From assembly GCA_029851245.1 (NCBI GenBank), contig CP099826.1, positions 87,688 to 119,687 on the forward strand: a DNA stretch of 32,000 nt, given 5' to 3'. A program made the translations under genes and the position numbers. The DNA is from Candidatus Saccharimonadota bacterium. Its GTDB lineage: Bacteria > Bacteroidota > Bacteroidia > Flavobacteriales > Blattabacteriaceae. The notes under the pieces were generated by a model. It saw only the letters and a list, made by a program, of their open reading frames with translations, did not search any database and was not told where the DNA came from. This document shows, piece by piece, positions 1-12,087 of the stretch; position 1 is the first letter of the stretch, and every line of letters starts with the position of its first letter.

Positions 1-884
1 GTTTTTTTATTAATATATCCATTATAAGGTGGAATTTTATTATTATATGTATTAATTAATTCTATACTATTTAAAGTATTAATACCTATACAACAAATTT
101 TATTTTTTTTATTATTAGTATTATTTATAATTTTAGTATGAGATTTTTTAATTTTTAAATAATTTGAATATAAATTGTATTTTTTGTTATTATTAGAAGT
201 ATTATTTAATATTTGATTAATACCTAAATGATAAGTAATATCTAAAATATTAACATTTTTATATTTTAAATTTAAAAAAAATGAATTAGTAAGTGAAATA
301 CCAGAATTTGGGAATATAATAGAACCTATAATTTTAGAGTAATGATTTTGGTAATTTATAGAATTATTATAATTAATTATATTATTATCTATATATTTAG
401 GAGTTATAAATTTACTAATAATATTAAAGATAGTATTTAATTTTTTTTTATTAACATTTAAGAATTCTATAATTCTACCTTTGGAAGAAGTATTATCAAT
501 AATTTTTGATTTTAGAATTTTATTTTTATTTTTATATTTATATTTAAAATATATGTTATTACCAATTCTTATTTTTCTTGCCGGTTTAACTAATATTTCC
601 CAAATATTATATTTATTAATATTTTTTAATAATAATATATTAATTATAGATTTTTTATAATTATATATTTTATAACCTTTAATAAAACTTTTATAACATT
701 TAGTATTATTTCTAATAATTATATCATTTTTATTAAAATATTTTTTATAAAGATAATTAATATATTTATGTTTTATAGTTTTTTTTTTAATATTTAAAAT
801 CATAAGTTTAGTTTTTTTATTAAAATTAGGAAATTTATAAATATTATTTTTAGGAATTTTTAATTTATAGAAATTTTTTTTCAT
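1..884 (-). CDS. queA: S-adenosylmethionine:tRNA ribosyltransferase-isomerase QueA (first ~294 codons; 3' end lies beyond the left edge)
   Basis: Not in the supplied ORF track because there is no stop inside the window. The reverse-strand ATG at 884..882 opens a frame I could read without stops down to position 1 (MKKNFYKLKIPKNN...). By-eye matches to QueA blocks: NIWEILVKPARKIRIGN (W-x-x-LV-PAKK-x-x-G), NYQNHYSKIIGSIIFPNSGISLT (YQTVYA..APTAGLHFT), LDITYHLGIN (TLHVG-GTF), ICCIGINTLNSIE (AVGTTS-R-LES). Confidence 0.65.
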   Translation of the reverse strand, partial: MKKNFYKLKIPKNNIYKFPNFNKKTKLMILNIKKKTIKHKYINYLYKKYFNKNDIIIRNNTKCYKSFIKGYKIYNYKKSIINILLLKNINKYNIWEILVKPARKIRIGNNIYFKYKYKNKNKILKSKIIDNTSSKGRIIEFLNVNKKKLNTIFNIISKFITPKYIDNNIINYNNSINYQNHYSKIIGSIIFPNSGISLTNSFFLNLKYKNVNILDITYHLGINQILNNTSNNNKKYNLYSNYLKIKKSHTKIINNTNNKKNKICCIGINTLNSIELINTYNNKIPPYNGYINKK

Positions 885-984
885 AAAATTTTGATATTTA
901 TATTATTTATTATATATTATAAATATATAATAATATTATATATATAAAAATATTATTATAGTAAGTTAATTGAATTAATATAAA

Positions 985-1004
985 ATAATTTTAAAAAAAA
1001 ATTA
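985..1004 (+). promoter_or_regulatory. 5' half of the 16S pre-rRNA processing stem (pairs with 2738..2757)
   Basis: ATAATTTTAAAAAAAAATTA at 985..1004 is the exact reverse complement of TAATTTTTTTTTAAAATTAT at 2738..2757. This gives a 20-bp perfect duplex bracketing the 16S gene. Confidence 0.6.
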
Positions 1005-1057
1005 GTCAATTTATTTGAGTATTAATTAGACAAGGTGTATAAAAAAATAAAGAATTA

Positions 1058-2673
<1,616 letters not shown>

Positions 2674-2737
2674 TTTTTATAATTTATTAATTATAATAAA
2701 TAAATATAAAAATTTAATATTTAAATTTTAAAATAAT

Positions 2738-2757
2738 TAATTTTTTTTTAAAATTAT
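2738..2757 (+). promoter_or_regulatory. 3' half of the 16S pre-rRNA processing stem (pairs with 985..1004)
   Basis: Exact reverse complement of 985..1004 (20 nt, including the A9/T9 run). Confidence 0.6.
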
Positions 2758-2794
2758 ATATGAGACTTATATAAATTATTAAATATTTATATAA

Positions 2795-2868
2795 AGTCTC
2801 GTAGCTCAGTTGGTGAGAGCGCTACACTGATAATGTAGAGGTCCGTGGTTCAATTCCACGCGAGACTA
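2795..2868 (+). tRNA. tRNA-Ile (anticodon GAT), in the 16S-23S spacer
   Basis: Cloverleaf read by eye: acceptor AGTCTCG/CGAGACT, anticodon arm CTACA-CTGATAA-TGTAG, T arm CGTGG-TTCAATT-CCACG, discriminator A. No encoded CCA. Confidence 0.93.
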
Positions 2869-2905
2869 TTATAAAAATTTAATATTTATATTAATATTAA
2901 AATAA

Positions 2906-2977
2906 GGGGAATTAGCTTAAAGGAAGAGCACCTGTTTTGCATACAGGAGGTTATCGGTTCAAGTCCGTTATTCTCCA
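2906..2977 (+). tRNA. tRNA-Ala (anticodon TGC), in the 16S-23S spacer
   Basis: Acceptor GGGGAAT/ATTCTCC with the G3:U70 alanine identity pair; anticodon arm CCTGT-TTTGCAT-ACAGG; T loop TTCAAGT (one T:T mismatch in the T stem). No encoded CCA. Confidence 0.9.
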
Positions 2978-3033
2978 TATAATTATTATAATAAATAAAA
3001 ATGTTATAATAATTAAGAATGTTATTTGATAAG

Positions 3034-3059
3034 TTTATAAAATTTAATATTTATAATTA
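3034..3059 (+). promoter_or_regulatory. 5' half of the 23S pre-rRNA processing stem (pairs with 6109..6130)
   Basis: TTTATAAAATT (3034..3044) is the reverse complement of 6120..6130. ATTTATAATTA (3049..3059) is the reverse complement of 6109..6119. Together they give 22 bp with a 4-nt bulge (TAAT). Confidence 0.55.
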
Positions 3060-3106
3060 AATATTAATAGTTTTTAAAAGTATTTTAGGATATTTAAAAT
3101 GATATA

Positions 3107-6066
<2,960 letters not shown>

Positions 6067-6108
6067 TATTAATTTTAAATAAAAAAAATATAATTAAAAA
6101 TTATAATT

Positions 6109-6130
6109 TAATTATAAATAATTTTATAAA
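6109..6130 (+). promoter_or_regulatory. 3' half of the 23S pre-rRNA processing stem (pairs with 3034..3059)
   Basis: TAATTATAAATAATTTTATAAA is complementary to the two 11-nt blocks at 3034..3044 and 3049..3059. Confidence 0.55.
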
Positions 6131-6156
6131 TTTATTAAAAAATGTTTAAAAAAAAA

Positions 6157-6268
6157 ATGGGTGGTTTAAGTAATAATGTTCACCTCTTACCATTCCGAAC
6201 AGAGAAGTTAAAATTATTATCACTGATGATACTTATTTGAAAAAATAGGGAAAGTAAGTACTGCCCAT
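6157..6268 (+). rRNA. rrf: 5S ribosomal RNA
   Basis: Helix I is ATGGGTGG (6157..6164) paired with CTGCCCAT (6261..6268). The conserved CCATTCCGAACAGAGAAGTTAA block is present. Length ~112 nt. Confidence 0.85.
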
Positions 6269-6277
6269 TTTTTTTTT
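6261..6277 (+). terminator. Possible rrn operon terminator: the 5S terminal helix followed by a T10 run
   Basis: CTGCCCA followed by TTTTTTTTTT (6268..6277). The alaS stop codon follows 5 nt later on the other strand. Confidence 0.35.
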
Positions 6278-6281
6278 ATAA

Positions 6282-7610
6282 TTATATAATTTCAATATTA
6301 TTATTAATAATTAATTTTTTTTTAATAATATTAATATTTAATTTAATAGCTATTTTTTTAATAATAAAATAGTATAATCCATATGTTTCATAAAAATATA
6401 ATAATAATTTATAATCTATAAAATTTAATTTAAAATTTAAAATTTTATTATTAATAATTTTATATACTAAATAAATATTTTTTTTTAAAATTAAAAAATA
6501 ATTTTTTTCTTCATTATATAAAATATTAATAATATTTTTATTTTTTTTAATTTTAAATATTTTAAATAAAATAGGTAATATTTTATATAAAAAAGGAGAA
6601 TTAATATTAATATATTTATAAGTGTAAATTAATGATCTTCTAATTAATTTTCTTACTATATATCCTTCTTTTTTATTATTTGGAATAATACCTTCTAATA
6701 ATATAAAAAAAATAGTTCTAATATGATCTGAAATAATTTTTATAATAATATCAAATTTTTTATTATTTTTATATTTTATAGATAATATTTTTTCAATTTT
6801 TTTAATTATAGGAATAAAAATATCTATTTCATAAGTAGATTTTTTATTTTGTAATATCATACATAATCTTTCTAAACCCATTCCAGTATCTATATAATTA
6901 TTAGATAATGGATTATTATTTTTTATAATATTATTATTATTATCAATAATATATTTTATATTTACAATATTCCATAATTCAATTACATTATTATTATTTT
7001 TTTTATTAATTAAATATTTTCCTAATTTATTAATTTTATCATTATTATTTCTAATATCTACATGAAATTCTGTACAAGGACCACATAATTTAAAATTTTC
7101 AATTTTCCAAAAATTATATTTATAACCAAAAAATAAAATATTGTTTTTATTAACTAATTTTTTACATATATTATAAGAATTATAATCAAATTTTAAATTA
7201 TTTTTTTTATCGCCTTTAAATATAGTAATATAAATATCATTTTTTGAAATTTTATATTTTTTAGTAATTAATTCCCAAGCTAATAATATTGCGGTTTTTT
7301 GAGAATATTTACCAAATGACCAATTACCTAACATTTCAAACATAGTATGATGAAAATTATCATAACCTATAGATTTTAAATCATTATTTTTACCAGTTAT
7401 TCTAATACATTTTTGAATATTTGCAATTTTTAAATATTTAGATTTTTTAATATTTAAAAAATAATCTATAAATTTATTTACTCCCGAATTAACAAACATT
7501 AAATTTGAATATTCTTTATTATTATTTATAATTGATAATGATTTAAGTATTTTATGTTTTTTATGTTTAAAAAAATTTAAAAAAATTTTTTTAATTTTAT
7601 TATAATTCAT
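6282..7610 (-). CDS. alaS: Alanyl-tRNA synthetase, catalytic plus tRNA-recognition domains only (442 aa; editing and C-Ala domains absent)
   Basis: FHHTMFEMLGNWSFGKY, CGPCTEFHVDIR, ELWNIVNIKY, IDTGMGLERL, GYIVRKLIRRS and LYFYETYG match AlaRS class-II blocks in the order of E. coli residues ~1-435. The stop lies 13 nt from the 5S 3' end. Confidence 0.9.
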   Translation of the reverse strand: MNYNKIKKIFLNFFKHKKHKILKSLSIINNNKEYSNLMFVNSGVNKFIDYFLNIKKSKYLKIANIQKCIRITGKNNDLKSIGYDNFHHTMFEMLGNWSFGKYSQKTAILLAWELITKKYKISKNDIYITIFKGDKKNNLKFDYNSYNICKKLVNKNNILFFGYKYNFWKIENFKLCGPCTEFHVDIRNNNDKINKLGKYLINKKNNNNVIELWNIVNIKYIIDNNNNIIKNNNPLSNNYIDTGMGLERLCMILQNKKSTYEIDIFIPIIKKIEKILSIKYKNNKKFDIIIKIISDHIRTIFFILLEGIIPNNKKEGYIVRKLIRRSLIYTYKYININSPFLYKILPILFKIFKIKKNKNIINILYNEEKNYFLILKKNIYLVYKIINNKILNFKLNFIDYKLLLYFYETYGLYYFIIKKIAIKLNINIIKKKLIINNNIEII

Positions 7611-7640
7611 ATATAATATTATTATTATATTATAATAATA

Positions 7641-8216
7641 ATGATTCCATATATAATAGAAAATTTTAATAATAATAAAATGGATATATTTTCAAAACTT
7701 TTAACTGAAAGAATAATATTTATTGGTTCTGAAATAAATAATGAAGTTGCTAATATAATACAATCTCAATTATTATATTTAGATTCGATAAATAATAAAG
7801 AAATTAAAATATATATTAATTCTTATGGTGGAGATGTATATTCTGGTTTAGGAATATATGATACAATGCAAATAATAAATTCAGAAATTTCAACTACCTG
7901 TGTAGGAATAGCTGCCTCTATAGCAGCTATATTATTATGTTCTGGAAAAAGAGGTAAAAGATATTCTTTAAAACATTCTAAAATAATGATACATCAACCA
8001 ATAATAAAAAATTTAAATGGACAAGAATCAGATATATATATTCAAGCAAAAGAAATGAAAAATGTAAAAAAAGAATTATATAATATTATTTCTTTACATA
8101 CACGTAATAATATAAAAAAAATTAGAAAAGATGCTAATAGAGATTTTTGGATGAATTCTAATAAAGCGAAAGAATATGGAATGATAGATGAAATATTGTA
8201 TAAAAATAAAAATTAA
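7641..8216 (+). CDS. clpP: ATP-dependent Clp protease proteolytic subunit
   Basis: IFIGSEINNEVANIIQSQLLYL, YINSYGGDV, GIAASIA (Ser), MIHQP (His) and RDFWM (Asp) are colinear with E. coli ClpP. The catalytic triad is present. Confidence 0.95.
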   Translation: MIPYIIENFNNNKMDIFSKLLTERIIFIGSEINNEVANIIQSQLLYLDSINNKEIKIYINSYGGDVYSGLGIYDTMQIINSEISTTCVGIAASIAAILLCSGKRGKRYSLKHSKIMIHQPIIKNLNGQESDIYIQAKEMKNVKKELYNIISLHTRNNIKKIRKDANRDFWMNSNKAKEYGMIDEILYKNKN

Positions 8217-8227
8217 ATTATAATAAA

Positions 8228-9283
8228 ATGAAAAATAATAATTTATATTTTAATACCCCTAAAGAAATAAAAAATATATTAGATAATTATATAGTAGGAC
8301 AAGAAGAAACAAAAAAAATTGTTTCTGTATCAATTTATAATCATTATAAAAGAATATTATATAATAGTGATAAAAATAATGATAAAAAAATTGATAAATC
8401 TAATATTTTAATAATTGGTGAAACTGGTACTGGAAAAACATTAATTGCAAAAACTATTGCAAAAATTTTACAAGTACCATTTGTAATGGTAGATGCAACA
8501 AGTTTTACAGAAGCTGGATATGTAGGAGAGGATATTGAAAGTATTTTAACAAGATTATTACAAAATTCAAAATATAATGTTAATTTAACAGAAAAAGGAA
8601 TAGTATATATTGATGAATTTGATAAATTATCAAGAAAAAGTAAGAATCCTACTATTACTAGAGATGTATCAGGTGAAGGAGTACAACAATCTTTATTAAA
8701 ATTATTAGAAAATAGTATAATTTATATTTCCCCTTATATAGGAAGAAAACATCCTGAACAAGAATTAATACCTATAAATACAGAGAATATATTATTTATA
8801 GTAGGAGGTACATTTGAAGGAATAAATAATATAATTAATAAAAGAATGAAAAATTATAATATTGGATATAATATAAAAAGAAAAAATAATAAAATATACA
8901 AAAAAAATTTATTAAAAAATATTAATACTAAAGATTTACAAAATTATGGTATTATTCCTGAAATAATTGGAAGATTACCAATAATTATTACTTTAGAAAA
9001 ATTAAATAAAAAATATTTAAAAAAAATATTAGTTAATAATTTTATTAACCAATATATAGAATTATTAAAAATTGATAATATATTTATTACAATAAATAAT
9101 AATGTTTTAAATTATATAGCTAAAAAAAGTATTAAATTAAAATTAGGTGCTAGGGGATTAAGAAATATTTGTGAAAAAATATTTCAATATATTTCATATG
9201 AAGAAATTAATAATTATAAAGATAAAAAAAATATTAATATTGATGAAAAATTAATATTTAAAATTTTTAAAAAAAAAATATAA
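8228..9283 (+). CDS. clpX: ATP-dependent Clp protease ATP-binding subunit ClpX, lacking the N-terminal zinc-binding domain
   Basis: Begins at the equivalent of E. coli ~residue 63 (TPKEIKNILDNYIVGQEETKK). Walker A GETGTGKT, pore loop GYVG, Walker B IVYIDEFDK, IGF-loop equivalent NIGYN, and IPEIIGRLP are present. Confidence 0.95.
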   Translation: MKNNNLYFNTPKEIKNILDNYIVGQEETKKIVSVSIYNHYKRILYNSDKNNDKKIDKSNILIIGETGTGKTLIAKTIAKILQVPFVMVDATSFTEAGYVGEDIESILTRLLQNSKYNVNLTEKGIVYIDEFDKLSRKSKNPTITRDVSGEGVQQSLLKLLENSIIYISPYIGRKHPEQELIPINTENILFIVGGTFEGINNIINKRMKNYNIGYNIKRKNNKIYKKNLLKNINTKDLQNYGIIPEIIGRLPIIITLEKLNKKYLKKILVNNFINQYIELLKIDNIFITINNNVLNYIAKKSIKLKLGARGLRNICEKIFQYISYEEINNYKDKKNINIDEKLIFKIFKKKI

Positions 9284-10264
9284 ATGTTAAATAATAAAAT
9301 TAATAATTTATTAGATAAAATAGAAAAAAATTATGGTAAAGGAACAATTATTAAAATGAATAATAAAAAAATTAATAAAATTAAAGTAATAAAATCAGGT
9401 TCAATAAGTTTAGATTTAGCTTTAGGAATATTAGGATATCCTAGAGGAAGAATAATAGAAATATTTGGTCCAGAATCATCTGGAAAAACAACATTAGCAT
9501 TACATGCAATTTATGAAACTCAAAAAAAAAAGGGAGTATGTGTATATATTGATGCTGAACATTCTTTTGATATAAATTATGCTAATAAATTAAAAATTAA
9601 TACTAATGATTTAATAATATCTCAACCTGATTATGGTGAACAAGCTTTAGATATTGTAGATAATTTTATAAAATCTAAATTAATAGATTTAATAGTTATA
9701 GATTCTGTAGCGGCATTAATACCTAAAAGTGAATTAGAAGGAGAAATAGAAAATCAAAGGATAGGATTACATGCTAAACTTATGTCTCAAGCATTAAGAA
9801 AATTAATAGGTGTTATTAATAAGACTAATACTACTGTTATATTTATTAATCAAATAAGAGAAAAAATTGGAATATATTATGGAAATAATGAAATTACTAC
9901 AGGTGGAAATGCATTAAAATTTTATTCTACAATAAGATTAGAAATTAGAAGAATAAGTTATTTAAAAAATAAAAATAATAATATTATAGGTAATAAAGTA
10001 AGAGTAAAAGTAGTAAAAAATAAATTATATCCACCATTTAAAATAGCAGAATTTAATATTTTATATGGTACAGGAATATGTAAATATATAGATATTTTTA
10101 ATTTAGGTATAAATATGAATCTTATAAATAAAAAAGGTGCATGGTATAATGTATATAATAAAAATATCGTAAAAGGACAAAATAATTTTATAAATATTTT
10201 AAAAAAAAATAAAAAATTATTTAATAAATTAAAAAAAGATTTAATTAAACTAAATAATAATTAA
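9284..10264 (+). CDS. recA: Recombinase A
   Basis: GPESSGKTT (Walker A), LIVIDSVAAL, EGEIENQRIGLHAKLMSQALRKL (L1), IFINQIREKIGIYYGNNEITTGGNALKFY (L2). The start ATG directly follows the clpX TAA. Confidence 0.95.
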   Translation: MLNNKINNLLDKIEKNYGKGTIIKMNNKKINKIKVIKSGSISLDLALGILGYPRGRIIEIFGPESSGKTTLALHAIYETQKKKGVCVYIDAEHSFDINYANKLKINTNDLIISQPDYGEQALDIVDNFIKSKLIDLIVIDSVAALIPKSELEGEIENQRIGLHAKLMSQALRKLIGVINKTNTTVIFINQIREKIGIYYGNNEITTGGNALKFYSTIRLEIRRISYLKNKNNNIIGNKVRVKVVKNKLYPPFKIAEFNILYGTGICKYIDIFNLGINMNLINKKGAWYNVYNKNIVKGQNNFINILKKNKKLFNKLKKDLIKLNNN

Positions 10265-11064
10265 ATAAACTTTTTATTTCTAAGTAATTCATAAATAATA
10301 ATAGCAAAACTATTACTTACATTAAGAGAATTAATTTTACCATACATAGGAATATTAATATTAAAATTTATATAATTATTAATATTTTTTGATATACCAT
10401 TATGTTCATTACCTAAAATTATACAAATATTTTTTTTAAATTTATTAAAATTAATTTTATATAAACATATATTATTTTTTTTATATATTGAAGTACCTAT
10501 AATAATAAAATTTTTATTTAAAAAAATATTTTTTTTTATATAATTAAATTTTAATATTAAAATTTTTGATAAAAAAACACATCCTAAACTAGATCTTATA
10601 ATATTTGGATTATATATTTCTTTTTTATTTATAATAATAATAAAATTTATTATTTTTGTAGCTTCTATAGTTCTTATTATAGACCCAATATTACCAGGTT
10701 TTTCAATATTATCTATTATTAATATAATTTTATTATTTTTATTATTTATATATTTTTTAAATTTTTTTTTATAATTTATTTTTTTTTTATAAAATATTCC
10801 TAATATACCTTCAGTTTTTTTTCTATAAGTTAATTTTTTATATTGTTTAATATTTATATAAAATATATTATTATTATTATATTTAAAATTTATTTTTTTA
10901 TTTTTTTTAAAAAAAATATTTTTACAAATTAATATTTTAATTAATTTAAATTTTCCAATTAAAGCCATTTTAATTTCTAAATAACCTTCAACTATAATAT
11001 ATTTATTAAATTTTCTATAATTATTTTTTTGTAATTTAAAAATATTTTTTATAGTTAATAACAT
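10261..11064 (-). CDS. SpoU/TrmH-family RNA 2'-O-methyltransferase
   Basis: SPOUT motifs NIEKPGNIGSIIRTIEA, ILGNEHNGIS and IPMYGKINSLNVSNSFAIIIYE. The target (rRNA or tRNA) is not assignable. Confidence 0.78.
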   Translation of the reverse strand: MLLTIKNIFKLQKNNYRKFNKYIIVEGYLEIKMALIGKFKLIKILICKNIFFKKNKKINFKYNNNNIFYINIKQYKKLTYRKKTEGILGIFYKKKINYKKKFKKYINNKNNKIILIIDNIEKPGNIGSIIRTIEATKIINFIIIINKKEIYNPNIIRSSLGCVFLSKILILKFNYIKKNIFLNKNFIIIGTSIYKKNNICLYKINFNKFKKNICIILGNEHNGISKNINNYINFNINIPMYGKINSLNVSNSFAIIIYELLRNKKFI

Positions 11065-11103
11065 AATAAATAATTAATTAAATTAATAATAAATATAAAA
11101 TAT

Positions 11104-12087
11104 ATGATAAAAATAGGAATAAATGGTTTTAATAAAATAACTAAAAAAATTATTTTTTTAATGATAAAATATAATAATATTAATATCGTAGGAATAAATT
11201 TAAATAATAATATTAATATTAATAATTTTATATATATATTAAAATATAATTTATTAAAAAAATTTAATAATATAAAAATAATAAAAATAAAAAATAATAT
11301 AATAATTAATAAAAAATATAATATTAGAATTACTAATCACAATAATATAAAAAAAATTAAATGGTATAAAATAAATGTTAAATATATAATAGAAACTAAT
11401 AATAATTTAAATTATAAATATTTATTTAATCATATAAAATATGGAAAAGTAAAAAATGTAATTTTAACTACTTCTAATATTATAAAAAAAATACCTATTA
11501 TATTATTAGGAATAAATCATAAATTATTAACTAATAAATATAAAATTATTTCATATTCAACAAGTTTTATAAATTGTATAATTCCAATATTAAAAATATT
11601 ACATAGAAAATTTATTATTAAAAATTGTTTTATTACTAATATAAAATCTTTAAAAATATTTAATAATTATTTTAAAAAATATAATTTCTCATTTATATTA
11701 AAAAATACTAATATTAGTAAACAAATAAATAATATTTATTCAGAATTTAAAAATAAAATTTATAGTAATACTATAATTATACCAAATAGTAAGATTCCAT
11801 TAATAAATTTTAAAATAGAATTTAAAAAAAAAATTAAAAATTCAAATAAAATAATAAATATAATAAAATATAATTCAAAAAATGAATTTTCTGGAATATT
11901 AGGATATATTAATAAAAATATTATATATAATAATATTATAGATGATAATAATGTTTCAATAATAGATATAAATTCTATTAAATTATTAAATAATAAATAT
12001 TTAAATATTACATCTTATTATAAAAATGATAATGCTTATTGTAAAAAAATTATTGATTTTATAAAATATATTGATAATAATATTTAA
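11104..12087 (+). CDS. Glyceraldehyde-3-phosphate dehydrogenase-fold protein with substituted active-site and NAD-loop residues
   Basis: Colinear with GapA: IKIGINGFNKITKK (IKVGINGFGRIGR), YILKYN (YMLKYD), IKKIKW (NLKW), IISYSTSFINCIIPILKIL (IVSNASCTTNCLAPLAKVI), GILGY, SYYKNDNAY (SWYDNETGY). The product name is kept generic because catalytic residues are changed. Confidence 0.6.
   Translation: MIKIGINGFNKITKKIIFLMIKYNNINIVGINLNNNININNFIYILKYNLLKKFNNIKIIKIKNNIIINKKYNIRITNHNNIKKIKWYKINVKYIIETNNNLNYKYLFNHIKYGKVKNVILTTSNIIKKIPIILLGINHKLLTNKYKIISYSTSFINCIIPILKILHRKFIIKNCFITNIKSLKIFNNYFKKYNFSFILKNTNISKQINNIYSEFKNKIYSNTIIIPNSKIPLINFKIEFKKKIKNSNKIINIIKYNSKNEFSGILGYINKNIIYNNIIDDNNVSIIDINSIKLLNNKYLNITSYYKNDNAYCKKIIDFIKYIDNNI

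Noticed and set aside
885-984. Attempt to call the rrn promoter (Bacteroidota TTTG / TAnnTTTG, or TTGACA/TATAAT)
   Set aside because: TATAAT-like hexamers occur every few bases in this composition, and I found no exact TAnnTTTG match. I can bound the promoter region (between queA and the 16S stem) but not call it.
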